NCBI RefSeq assembly: GCF_006345805.1
Contig: NC_043001.1
Span: 85,498,001-85,562,000 of the forward strand
DNA length: 64,000 bases
Source: Octopus sinensis
Taxonomy: Eukaryota
Direction of reading: 5' to 3'
The first letter of the stretch is position 1, and each line of letters opens with the position of its first letter. Position numbers and translations under genes: made by a program. The notes beneath the pieces are model-generated. The model was not told where the DNA came from, made no database searches, and worked only from the letters and a program-made list of their open reading frames with translations. Shown here piece after piece: positions 11,847 through 24,244 of the stretch.

Positions 11847-14007
11847 GCGTGTGTGTGTACATATACATATTCATACATGAATATATATACACACACATTC
11901 ATATGTACTATATATGATCCACAGACAAACACACAAACATAAACATATAACACACTCATGGCCCTTAATCTTTTTTCTCCTAACTTTTTCTTCCAAAAAC
12001 TTTTTGCATTCTTGTACTTGCTCCGTTGAAGGGCTAATGACCGAAATATGACCTCTACCCATCTTTTTAAGCGTGAAGCAAATACGAATTCATAAGAAGT
12101 TGTCATGCCCATGTTAGCTTTTTTATGCTGTCATTGTGCAACGAACACATGCAAACTCTCACACATATACATTATCTCCGGCCACTCTTACTGCTACAAG
12201 CAAAAAGTAACCCAGTTCAGCGTGCAGCATGGTTGGCTCGTCCGCGACTAAAACGGTAACTGTCCCAAGCCTGTTTGATAAGTAGAATAGTTTTCATTGC
12301 AGAGCCTGCAAGTGGAAAACCAAAATATGTCGGAAGGCGTATGGATTCAATAGATTCAGTGATCATCAAACAACTGAGAGTGAGAGAAGACTAGTCTGTC
12401 TTTAGACAACTCTCTAGAAAGAAAACTCTGATGCGACATCATCAACTACGTTTGCATCCAATAATGTAGACTAGTTCTATTTTCTCGCAAATTGATATGT
12501 TGCTTAGAATGTGGGATTGGCTCCAGGCTTGATTATGAACATCTCTACTATGTGTTGTATACCTAGGCTGACCGTAGCCGAAAAAAGGCAAAACACTGGA
12601 TCAAAAATTCCGTGAGAAAATGAAGTCGTGCGCCAACTTTGGTGAAGAATAAGCTACCGCAAGAGATGCAGTCACTGCTGAATCTCTGCTCCTGTTTAAG
12701 AGAACAATCAAGTAATAGCGTTACTCGAAATCAATTTGCAACCATTCAGCACAGATGCACACATACACGCGCACACAAATCTATATATTTATGTATTCAT
12801 ACAAATTGGTAATGACAACAGCTGTGCAAGTCTTTCATAACATGTATGTTCCACTCGGCTGATAACCAGCTTTAACTAGATTGCACTTCTTGGAGGTTGT
12901 GGAATCTCTTTGTCTTAGGGAGTATGAATGTCTGCCAAAGGCGCAAATACAAATAATTTGCGACTGTGTTTAATCGATTACTGTGATCGCAGTAATCATT
13001 CGGTTCTTTATTCGGTTCTTTAGAGTTTCAGTTCGGTAAAAGGCATAGTTAATCTCCAAGTGATTTGAACACAGTAAATCTCTTAACCAAATCCTTCAAA
13101 ACATTTTCTGGGCGCCTTAAAGGCTGCTCTAATCATCCACTCTTGTTTAGGAGCGTAATGCTAGTGAGGATCATTTCTCCAGATGATTGATTGTTTCGTC
13201 AGTGTAATTTGTTGCTGAACGTTTGAAATACAAAAGATTGATGAAGGGAGTACAATGAAGGCCGTGAAATATTTTAAACTGAAATTCGGTGTTATATGAA
13301 TATGTCGAACTCTCAGAAATTTTCTCTTCTATTTTTTTTTCTGTTACACGGGCTCTATCTATCAGCAAACCAAATCTCATATTTGTATTTATCTATTCAT
13401 TTCGACTGGACATTAAATAAAGTAGTAAAATCAGACATAAAAGTAACCTTATTGATAACTGAATTTGAAATATATTAGCTAAGGTCTGAAATAGAAATAT
13501 TAAGTTTACCATACAAATCGGAAGGTGAAGGCCTTATTCAAGTGGATTATTATAAGATAACACCTATAGAGCTGCAAAAATATCTCGCAGAAAACAATAG
13601 AAAACTAATACAGTAAGACAAAAAATATTGAAGGAGACAAACGGTTTCCGTTGTTTTGAAATAAACTGAGATGTTGCATCTTAGTAGGACATCTTCTTTC
13701 CAGATTATTCTTGGAGTGAGGACTTTGATTATTATTATTATTACAGAATTGTAATTTGTTTAGGAAAGATTTGAATTTTCAGATATTGTATATTGGTAAT
13801 GTTGATCATTGTGGTGGTGGTGGTGGTAGTGATATTAAGGCAAGCGTAAACCAGATGCATAATTAAATACAATCCAATATTAGTCAACGTTTTATTTTAT
13901 ATTCAGATGCACTTCCAATGTCCTTCAATGACTGAAAATGGTCAGGTGCGATTAGAGTTGTGTTTGGCTGCTATTTCTAGCATGTTAAGTAATTCTAAAT
14001 TGTTAGC

Positions 14008-14405
14008 AAGGCTGCGAGCTAGCAGAAATGTTAGCACGCCGGACGAAATGCTTAGCGGTATTTCGTCTGTCTTTACGTTCTGAGTTGAAATTCCGCCGAG
14101 GTCGATTTTGCCTTCCATCCTTTCGGGGTCCATAAATTAAGATACCAGTTACGCACTAGGGTCGATGTAATCGACTTAATACCTATGTCTGTCCTTGTTT
14201 GTCCCCTCTATGTTTAGCCCCTTGAGAGTAATAAAGAAAGAGGTATTTCGTCTGTCTTTAAGCTCTGAGTTCAAATTCCGGCGAGGTCGACTTTGTCTTT
14301 CATCCTTTTGGAGTCGACAAATTAAGTACCAGCTGCCTACTGAGGTTGGTGTAATCGACGTACCCCTCCCCAAATTCTTGCCCAGTGCTTAGAGTAGAAG
14401 AGAAC
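14008..14405 (+). mobile_element. Composite (dimeric) SINE family 1 insertion: full monomer (tail a) plus 5'-truncated monomer (tail b), bounded by one 14-bp TSD
   Basis: tctaaattgttagc at 13994-14007 and 14406-14419. First monomer ends taataaagaaa at ~14240; second restarts at ggtatttcgtctg. Confidence 0.75.
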
Positions 14406-15337
14406 TCTAAATTGTTAGCTCGTGTTTATTGTCGTTGTTGATGCTGTTATTGCAGTAATAACTACTAGTGTCGTAGTTGTGATTGTGCGATGTTAAATAT
14501 TTTTTCAATGTTGAATTAGCAAATATTTATTCACGAGTTTCAAACATGTCAATTATATATTTTATTTGAAATGTATCCCAAATTTCCTTATCCAATATTA
14601 TGTTCATTTAGGGTATAATTGGGGTGATGAGATGCTGCTATGCAAAGCAGATTGGAGGACCAAATACAGGTCGCAAATATGAATCCTATAGGTTGTTCAC
14701 AGATGTTCCGAACGAAATATATATGAACCAATCTGAAGATCCGGAGTGTGATAACGTCTCAGAGATGAAGAACTGTAGGGATGACTTGACGATGAGAATG
14801 ACAATAATAATGATGATGATGATGATCATGACCACGATCATGATGATGATAAGGATGCTGATGATAATTATAATGATGATAAGGAGAACAACAATAAGGG
14901 TGAAGAAGATGAGAAAGAATGCGCATAGTTCAACAATTACTAATTACTAATTTACCGATTTTAAAGTTTTATGTTCATCAATTGTATTTCGAAAGCTGGT
15001 TCTTCAATTGCATGTGACCCAGCACAAGGCATTGAGAATATAATTTAGGATGACAATTGGCAGGCAAAAATTAGTAAACTTTTCAAGGACCAGCATTCGG
15101 GCAGGCAGAGTGTGACGGGAAGATAACACACCATAGAATGCGGGAAGACAGCCTCATTAGCATACGATTCCGGAAAGACTTTTGTTCATGTATAGAATTA
15201 CAGCATCAGTCAATGTTCTGTCATCATCTGTAAACATGACTTAAAATAGCTACCATATTATCAACTTATGGTGCTCTAGCATGGCCGCAGTTAGATGACT
15301 GAAACAAATAATAGAGTGAAAGAGAATATATGTATGT

Positions 15338-15346
15338 GCATATATA

Positions 15347-15400
<54 letters not shown>

Positions 15401-15432
15401 ATATATATATAATATAGATAGATAGATAGATT

Positions 15433-15506
<74 letters not shown>

Positions 15507-15545
15507 GAGAGAGATAGATAGATAGATAGACAGATACATACATAC

Positions 15546-15593
<48 letters not shown>

Positions 15594-15630
15594 GGATGTG
15601 TGTATGCATGTGTGTGTATGTGTGTGTGTG
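15338..15630. repeat. (TA)n/(GATA)n/(TG)n compound microsatellite
   Basis: Directly visible. Confidence 0.95.
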
Positions 15631-15729
15631 TCTATAAGAGGAAGTAGCGGAGTTTTCTTAACGCTTTTCACACAAATATTGATAACATTACAAAAAGCAT
15701 AACATAAGTCATATTTAGGATTATATTAT

Positions 15730-15735
15730 TTTATT
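15730..15735 (-). terminator. Candidate polyadenylation signal AATAAA for S-crystallin
   Basis: First AATAAA I could see on the minus strand downstream of the stop (~375 nt). Chance occurrence in AT-rich DNA cannot be excluded. Confidence 0.35.
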
Positions 15736-15845
15736 ATCATATTCTCACCTCAATTTTCTGCAATATATATATAAATACCAGCATACATATACACATACAT
15801 TCATATATATATGTACATATACATATATGTATATATGTATGTATA

Positions 15846-15887
<42 letters not shown>

Positions 15888-16110
15888 TATACATCTATGT
15901 AAGTGTATCGCGTTTACATGTGTGGCAATATTTAACCAATTGCCTCTTCAATAGCTACTAAGGTATCTATTGACGTTCTATCACAGAAGATTCAGTAAGA
16001 TACACCATAGTTAAAATCATTGCCATTTCTGAACAGTATTTATCATCCAGAATATCAAGGTGAATGGTTATACAATTTTGCGGTTAATAGTTAAGACTGT
16101 TTTTGTTCTC

Positions 16111-16275
16111 TTAGAATTCGGTACGTGTCCTTCTTTGGAGGTAGCTAGACAACTTAGAGTGACTCATGACGCGGTTCCTCAGTGCCATCAGTTTTGGGTA
16201 GCTGCTCAGCATTGATGGTTCATCCGTAAGTGGATTCTCAAGGGCGCAGTAGCACATCATGTCAGCCATGGTCAT
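16111..16275 (-). CDS. S-crystallin exon 6 ([54 protein letters not shown])
   Basis: Acceptor ctctcctacAG at 16277-16276; TAA stop at 16113-16111; GST N-capping-type motif TMAD. Joined CDS is 133+96+116+30+108+165 = 648 nt = 215 aa + stop with no frameshift. Confidence 0.97.
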   Translation of the reverse strand: MTMADMMCYCALENPLTDEPSMLSSYPKLMALRNRVMSHSKLSSYLQRRTRTEF

Positions 16276-17213
16276 CTGTAGGAGAGATAATATTTCAGGA
16301 GAAGCATTAGTGAGAGAAATAGTTACTTCGTTAATATACAATATGAGTTAAAGCTCATGTAAGTGCTTATTCAAAGAATTCATTCTAAACACGTTCATAG
16401 ATATTATGAAGATTCTATTGCCTTTCTGTTTTCCAATAAAGTTTGAAACTTTGGTTTGAAAATATCAGCTGTAATTAATACGAAAAAACCCTCCAGGCTA
16501 CATCCCGAAAATTAATTTCTTTCCCGATTTTCTACAATGTTTACGGCGATTCGTTTTTATATCTTGATTTTTTATTTTTCATGCAATTTACGCATGCTTG
16601 CACGCGTGGTGAACACAGTTCACGTCAAAAAGCTGACTGAGTAAAGTTCACTATTCAATGCATCGGATGAGGCCTAAACAAACACATTATCGATTTTTGT
16701 ACTTGCGAGATGAATTTCGGAACAGAAATAGCGCAGTTCAATTTTCATTCGCCTAAACTTTAAGTGACCCATTTTTGGAAAGCAGATATTTTCTTTCATA
16801 TTTGATCTCTTATCTGTTACTTCTTTCAATCATTGAGCTGAAAGACATAATAAGGTATCTCGTTGAAGTGTGTAATCGCACGAATCGGCACTAGCACTTT
16901 CTATTTAAATTTGGTACGTATTCCATCATCCCCTTTGCTGCAAAGCTAAGTCGCGGGGATGTAAACAAAGCAACACTGATTATTAAGTGGTGTGGCGGGA
17001 AGAACCGCAAACACAAAACAACAAAAGAAATTTGTAGATTTTCTTGCGTATATTTTTCCCAATATTTAATCATCCCCTGTTGTAACTATGAAACTCCCAG
17101 TAGCAATATCAAGGGGCACAGATAATGTACAGGATTTGACTTATAAATTGAGGACTTATAATTAGTTCCTAGAAAGATTTGTTATAAGTTATAAGGATTA
17201 TAGTACTACTTAC

Positions 17214-17321
17214 CTGGTCACCCATGAAAAACTGTCTACCACCGCTGTGCATGTCCAAAGTTCTTTCCAAGAATGGCAGGATTCTGTTACAGGTTTCCCT
17301 ATATCTCATGCGTTTTTCGGA
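17214..17321 (-). CDS. S-crystallin exon 5 ([36 protein letters not shown])
   Basis: Acceptor ttttattattctcAG at 17323-17322 and donor GTAAGT from 17213; 108 nt, phase 0/0. Overlaps ORF 17169..17426. Confidence 0.96.
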
Positions 17322-17642
17322 CTGAGAATAATAAAATACAATTAATATGCAAATAGTATATTTAATCACACAAGACACACACGCACACACACACATACAT
17401 ACACATGTATAAATACACATATACATATGTAAGTATGTATATTAATATTTGTTATAATAAAACAATTTTACATTAACTAGAAAGATTATTGAAATATTTC
17501 CCTGAATACAAATCTATCGTTTTTTTCAAGCCATTTAGTTGACGATAACTTTGAAATTTCGGCCTCTTAAATTCTGATGGGTTACCTGGACGAAAATCCC
17601 AAATTATTGTAATTACTATTCTTGTTAAACCACCTATAAGCG

Positions 17643-17689
<47 letters not shown>

Positions 17690-17958
17690 ACATGTGTGTG
17701 CGTGTGTGTGTGTGTGTGCGTGTGTGTGTGTGTGTGTGCACATGTGCGTGCGTGTGTGTGTGTGTGTGTATGCATATACGTATGTATATATGTAGTTAGA
17801 ATTTAATATACCCAGTTATTAATGTACACACGCACGAACTCGCACGCAAAAGAAATTTTAGTTTGTGATTAACAATGTGTATATTTTTTTCTCGATAAAT
17901 TATATACATACATCTATATGTATATACATATGTATATATATGTATATATATATATTAT

Positions 17959-18025
<67 letters not shown>

Positions 18026-18711
18026 GTATATATAGTACTATGTAAGTAGGATCCAAGGATCCAAGTGTTGGAAATTCGTAAGCTTCGACCATTTGTGCAG
18101 CCTGCACAGATGACTAAAGCTGGAAAATATACAATAAAACAAGTTACTTATCTTGTTCCTTATTGGAATTAAAAGGAACTTCGATAAGCTGAAGGTTACC
18201 ATACAATATATGGGCAATAACTAAATTTGCTAAAAATGCGAAAGAACTCCGGTAAGATAAAGAATGGAAATAATGATATATTAGTTGTAATCTATGGTAA
18301 TCTATCGTATTAATTACGTAGACAAAAACAAATATTACTATGGCTTTGGAAGGTGGATTCTAAATGTGATCCATTGTGTCATATAGTTAATACCTGGAGG
18401 TATTTATAGTTTATAATCTAAAGCTATAAATGTCTACATAATACGTTTAAATATATGCGCAACCATCGTTTCTATGAAAGCATGTACGGATGTATGTATG
18501 TAGGTATGTATGTATACATGCATATATATATATATATATATATAAGCACACACAGTATATATATGAATATATATAATTGTAAGTAGTATAGAGATTTTAT
18601 ACTATGCATTTTGTAAGTTCTTATTATTTGTGAATCGTTGCTGTATTTCAAGATGGTTCACGTGAGTAATCCTGTTTTGAAAGGCGCAGTTGTTTCGACG
18701 TTGTTCGCGTC

Positions 18712-18742
<31 letters not shown>

Positions 18743-20014
18743 TATCTATGTATATATGAAAATGAGATGACATAAGATTAAACAATATGTTGTTCTGGTG
18801 TGCGTTTAAGGTTCCCCACTTTTACCTGCAATAAATAATTGTGAAAACGTATTCCAGTCCCTTTATTAATACGGTAGCTACGACATGTTTATATATAAAG
18901 TAACGTCCCTCTTTCTTTATGCGTTCCTCTTCGATTTGCATGCGAAATATTAGTGATGTTAACAACTGTTATATATTCTCTAATTTACGATTTATCACCT
19001 GGAGTTTATATAGAGTCTGATGAAATTAACTGTCATTGAATCAAGGAAAATTCTTATGAACAGACATGTCGTAAATACAATGTGCTTTCTTTGTCTGACA
19101 TGCGTAAAGTAAATTCTTTCTCTTTTCTCAATTTTTATGGATCGAAACACTCCCAAATTATTATAAAGTATCTATTGTTTTTGATGTAAATGAAACTAGA
19201 AACTTGCGCCTACTTGGTGGAAGTTTCAAATCTTCATTTCAGAGGCAAGTTTTTGGACACAACTTTATAGTGTTTCATTTTGATTCCAAGAAATGAAAAT
19301 GCTCAAGTTGCCTTAAACATTGGTAGTATGAAAATAATAAATATTTGACCATACAGTAATGCCACCATATACCTCATATGAAAATATTGGTTAAGACATT
19401 TAATACAAGCTTCAACATAATTTTGTTTTAGCTTTTCATGGACAGGGTATTTAAAATCTTAAATCATGCATATATTGTCGAATATATCTAAAACTCCTGT
19501 TTCATTGATTATGTTTTACGATTGATCTATATCTGTACAAAACGATATGGAGCATATTAGTGTTGCTTAAATGGTGTATAATATTGAGTGAAAAAATTCC
19601 CTAGTTTAACTTATATATAATATAATACTACTGACTGATAAATAGATTTCAAAAGAAAAAGTTGATTATGGATAGAAAATCTCAACTGATGTTGTAGTAA
19701 ATGTCGAAGCAGTTCTCTTATTGTTGTTTTGTAGGGAACATACACAATTAGTTCAAATTTTATGGAAGCGCGGAAATTTTGTACTAACGTGTCACGCACA
19801 CCGAGAACAAGAATGTAAGTTTATCTATACCCATAAACGAATGTACAGAACGCACATAAATATGCAGACGTCAACCAATTGTGATAACCACAAAATACAG
19901 AAGATATCTTAAGACAAATAAAATAGGATCTCTACATTAAAATGAGTAAATACAATTTCAGGAAATCACTTCTAATCACTTTTGTGTAATATTTTAAACA
20001 AATTTATTACTTAC

Positions 20015-20044
20015 GGAGCCGCTCATATCTCGGGAACGCTGGAA
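20015..20044 (-). CDS. S-crystallin exon 4, 30-nt microexon (FQRSRDMSGS)
   Basis: Minus strand reads gttttattctctattacAG ttc cag cgt tcc cga gat atg agc ggc tcc GTAAGT. Consensus splice sites, phase 0/0. It supplies the FQRSRDMS peptide expected between CRMM and SEKR in octopus S-crystallins and brings the protein to 215 aa. Confidence 0.93.
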
Positions 20045-20649
20045 CTGTAATAGAGAATAAAACAAACGAGAACGATATTAGCAATATGCTATCAAATACA
20101 TCTTGTTACTCTTGAAATTCAGTAAAAAAAGTGTCATCTATTTGAGGCTTTATAAACATTATTTTCATAATTCCACTAATTCATTTGTGAGAAATACTGC
20201 CAAACTTGACGTCTTAAAAAGGTTGATATCTAAGACTAAATCGGATAAATATAGTATTAGATAAATAATACTTAATCACATTTCAAATATGACAGGACTA
20301 ATTTTTTTCTAGAATTCTAATCAAACAAAACAGTCCTGGAGTTGATAACCAATAAAATCATCCTCATCATAATTAGTTTCTATTTGTTTCCTACCATCGC
20401 CAGCGGTGACAATATGGAAACATCGTTAGCATGTCAAGCAAAAATCTTTGGTGACCCTTTTCTTTTTAGAGCTTGTCAGGTTTAGAGATAAAATCTAACC
20501 AAGATCAAATTTCTCTTTCATCAGTTCAAGGGGTGATAATCTAAAGTACCTTTAAGTACAGGGTTGATATAACTGATTAACCAACACCCTAAAATTATTG
20601 CCCTTGTTCTAAAATTTGAAATATATATTATCATTATCACGTCCAAAAA

Positions 20650-20820
20650 GGCAACGAGCGGGGAGAATCGTAAGCACTCCGGGCAAAATGCTTAGTATCA
20701 TTTCCTCTGTCTTATCCTTCATCATTTTGGGGTTGATAAGTACCTATTGAGTACCGGGTTCGATAGAATCGACTTACCCCATCCTTCGAAGTTGCTGGCC
20801 TAGTGCCAAAATTTGAAAAC
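20650..20820 (+). mobile_element. SINE family 1 copy (tail c) in S-crystallin intron 3, antisense to the gene, flanked by further SINE fragments (20530-20630, 20835-21015)
   Basis: Head ggcaacgagcggggagaatcgtaagcactccgggcaaaatgcttag; core catcattttggggttgataagtacc; tail gtgccaaaatttgaaa. Confidence 0.65.
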
Positions 20821-22236
20821 ATATAACCATGTCCAAAAGTGATGAGTTGGCAGAATCTGTAGAGCATCAGAAGAAATTCTTTGTTCCAGGATTTTACTTT
20901 CTGTATACAAATCCTACGGAGGACCTGCTTTTACATCATTTCGTGTACATTGAAGTATTGCAGTCAATAGTACTGACTTAGCACCTCGCTCAAAATCTAT
21001 GTGTTTGAATTAGAAATCATTATTAGTCATCTCCTTGACATGTATTGCGTTTTAAAACTTCCAGCAACAATAATTTAGACTCCGCCACTGAGAAGTAATT
21101 TCCATCGTAATGGAAAAAGAAAAAAAATTAGAACACGAAATATAACTTTTGTCAAAATATCTTATTAAATAGTGATAATTCTGGAAATATTTATTTATTC
21201 ATTTAGACAGTTATTTGTGCAACATCGGTGTCATTAATCCAAGGAACACTATTTTTATTATTTATATTTCAATTGTTATCTTACATAAAGTTAGCTAACG
21301 AAAATAATGGATAATTGCCTACAATATTCTTCATGTTTATATTGTATGTTATGTTATGATATTTTTGGCAGACTTACATTATGTCTATGCACATGTGAAT
21401 ACGATATTGTATATTAAGAATTTCTATGTATCTGTAACTAATATTCCTACGTTAGGAGTTTTCATTTTCTTTTTTTTATTTCTTATCACTTACTCGAAAA
21501 CAATTTGACAATTTCTGTCATCGATAAACATCTTGCAATACATTGATACATTTCTGAAGAGAAGGGAATTTTATATGATATTGCAAGAGTGGATATAAGA
21601 ATGGAAGACTTGGAGATTATAGATGATTAAATGTAAAAACCATTTCTCAGGTATTTTTAAATCAGAAATACAGCTCTGTAATTGAGATATGCTGCAGCTT
21701 ATCTTATGTAATCACAATAATAAAGGCTTAACTCTTTCTCTCTTTCTCGATCTCTTCCTCTATTCCTCCACCTTTCTCCCCTCGACACTAGTCATCTCAA
21801 GCGCTAGGTGAAACTTTCTTCTGTGTAATAACGTACATATTCTATTTCATTTTATTCTATTCTGTTTCATTCCATTTCCTTGGAAAATTTGAGAACATTC
21901 TACATATAAACTAAGGAATAGTTTCTTTCATTGCTTCTCAATAACATTGACTATATATATGTGTGTGTTTCTGTGTGTATGTGTGTGTTTCTGTGTGTGT
22001 GTGTATGTGTGTGTGTGTGTGTGTGTAGATACACACATTTGGTGCCGGATCTTCGACATTCGACAAAAGCGATTCAGTTTCTCTTTCAAATAAATAAGAT
22101 TCTTGAATTACGTTAAACATAGCTGAACATTCCATGCATACGTTCACCCTTAACGTAATGCTAAGCACCAGCTGCGGGACAGAATGCTTATGTGTATGTG
22201 TGTGTGTGTGTGTGTGTTGTGTGTGTGTGTGTGTGT

Positions 22237-22269
<33 letters not shown>

Positions 22270-22481
22270 ATTACTGTATTAGATGCATCACAGAAACAAT
22301 CCAACTGACTGGTTTCTATACAGATCTTGTTTACCCATTTTCAGATATGCGGAGAATTGATGCCGCAGCACATAACAGTAGCTCTAGAGCCCTCGGGTGT
22401 GATCCAATATTTGTATGCATGTATCTATGAAATAACTATTAATCTTTTGGTTTTTACTCTTTATTTCTTAATGTTTGGGTA

Positions 22482-22590
22482 AGGTGGCGGGCTGGCATAA
22501 TTGTTAGCGCGCCGGGCAAAATGCTTAGTGTCATTTCGTCTGTCTTTACGATTCGATTTCAAATTTCACCCAGGTCGACTTGTCCTGTCA
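22482..22590 (+). mobile_element. SINE family 1 5' half in intron 3
   Basis: aggtggcgggctggcataattgttagcgcgccgggcaaaatgcttag..ttcaaatttcacccaggtcgac matches the 216-446 head. Confidence 0.7.
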
Positions 22591-22888
22591 TTCTTTATAT
22601 AAATTCTCTACTGGGAATGACCAAGTTTTAAAATCTGCTGGATCTCACTCATAAGGGAATCTTACATTGCTTATAAACTCTATATTTGGATGGACACATT
22701 TTAAACTCTGTTGGACGTTTGGACTTTATTCATAGGATATTGGAATATTGCATATATACCATTATGCCTAAAAATGTATTTACAACTTCAATACCCATAC
22801 ATATCTTGCATCTATTTTCTTCCCACCACCTAACTTTCCATTTTGTATCACATCTAAACTAACTATGACTTAACCATCCTCTCACACC

Positions 22889-22940
22889 GTCTCCGATGAA
22901 GGGATATAATTAATAAATATCCTAGAAACAGCTGTAAGTC
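22889..22940 (+). ncRNA. Minimal type I hammerhead ribozyme motif H1 (PLE-type), degenerate stem I
   Basis: gtct-CCGATGA-a-gggatat(aattaataa)atatcct-a-GAAA-cagctg-TA-agtc. Palindromic helix III ACAGCTGT and GUA site; one mismatch in stem I. Confidence 0.6.
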
Positions 22941-23021
22941 CTATCTATAAATGCTCTAATATCTACACAGCCTTGGTTTTCTTTATCTTATTACGCAAAA
23001 ATTCTTATATATATATATGTA

Positions 23022-23120
<99 letters not shown>

Positions 23121-23428
23121 AGATGATAGTCGATTCTGTACGTAAAAAAGCATATTTAAGCAACACATTAGTGCATACAATTATATTTGATGGATCATCA
23201 TTCACCAGAATGTTAAAAAATATATTTATGTGCGAAGTTCAATTCACGGCTGAGCTGTATAAGGATTATGCTCTTTCGGGACTTTATCATTTGTATGTAT
23301 TCTATATAACATTATCAGCATAGACCATGATAAACTTCAGTATTGACAAAACACAGCCATACAATGTGTTGTTTAGAAAAACATAAACTCTCTTATAATG
23401 GTTAAATTTTAGAAAAGTAATGCGTTAC

Positions 23429-23544
23429 CATCATTCTACAGTTGCCATCCTGATACATCCTCATGTAGTCGTCCATGATATCATAGAAACAGTCTGAAAT
23501 GTAGTCAACTCTGGCCATATCCATGTTGTTTCTGCCATGGAAAC
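23429..23544 (-). CDS. S-crystallin exon 3 ([39 protein letters not shown])
   Basis: Acceptor ctcctgtcatctAG at 23546-23545 and GT donor at 23428-23427; 116 nt, phase 1/0. Overlaps ORF 23402..23605. Confidence 0.97.
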
Positions 23545-24148
23545 CTAGATGACAGGAGAGATGGAGAGGGAGAAAGATAGATAAAGAGGTAAAAAACACA
23601 AGCAAAATTTAATATAAAATAATAAAATATCATGTAGGATTGTCACGTTGCGTACAACAAAACATCTATCAACACTTTCCTTTCTGTTTCATCGTTATAT
23701 ATGTATAATAATTGTATATGATTAATATATATGGCTGTGTGTCTGTGTGTCTGTGTGTGTGTATGTGATTAGTATATTACAGTTATATAGAAATGCATAT
23801 TTGGAATAATCACAGATTATTAGAACTTTACTATTTTCTTCATCGTTTCTAAATTATAGAATTAATTTGTTCAAGTATGGCCTAACCGTTAATGTCTTGG
23901 TTTACTTTTTGAAACATAATCTACCTTGAACTACATTGCATGATGTGTTTATTATCTAAAGTTGAAGGATGTGATATCAAATTAATTTAGATGATATTTC
24001 TAGCATCTCAAAGAACAATATGTAATTTCCTTCGTTCACTCAATTGCCAAGTGCCACTTTGCTGATTACGCAAAATGTATGTTTTAATACTGAAGTGGTT
24101 ATATATATATATATATATAAACACAGACGTATACAAAAAATGCCTTAC

Positions 24149-24244
24149 CAAATTCTCTTGCCAAATATCTGGCCATAGCCATACTCTGGGGAATCTGGGT
24201 CCTGTTGTCCAATTCCAACATGGGCATCATGTTGCATGGCATCT
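24149..24244 (-). CDS. S-crystallin exon 2 ([33 protein letters not shown])
   Basis: Acceptor tttattccAG at 24246-24245 and GT donor at 24148-24147; 96 nt, phase 1/1, in frame with exon 1. Contains the GSH-binding QS motif (Q64,S65). Overlaps ORF 24099..24281. Confidence 0.97.

Noticed and set aside
11549-12112. 187-aa minus-strand ORF
   Set aside because: Spans a (TG/TA) repeat and a mariner fragment in the non-transposase frame; not a gene.
12820-13200. Possible Tc1 transposase remnants on the minus strand
   Set aside because: Only faint resemblance; no DDE motif or TIR identified.
14624-14950. 108-aa ORF downstream of the crystallin
   Set aside because: Half is an (ATG/ATA) repeat and the rest has no recognisable homology or splice sites.
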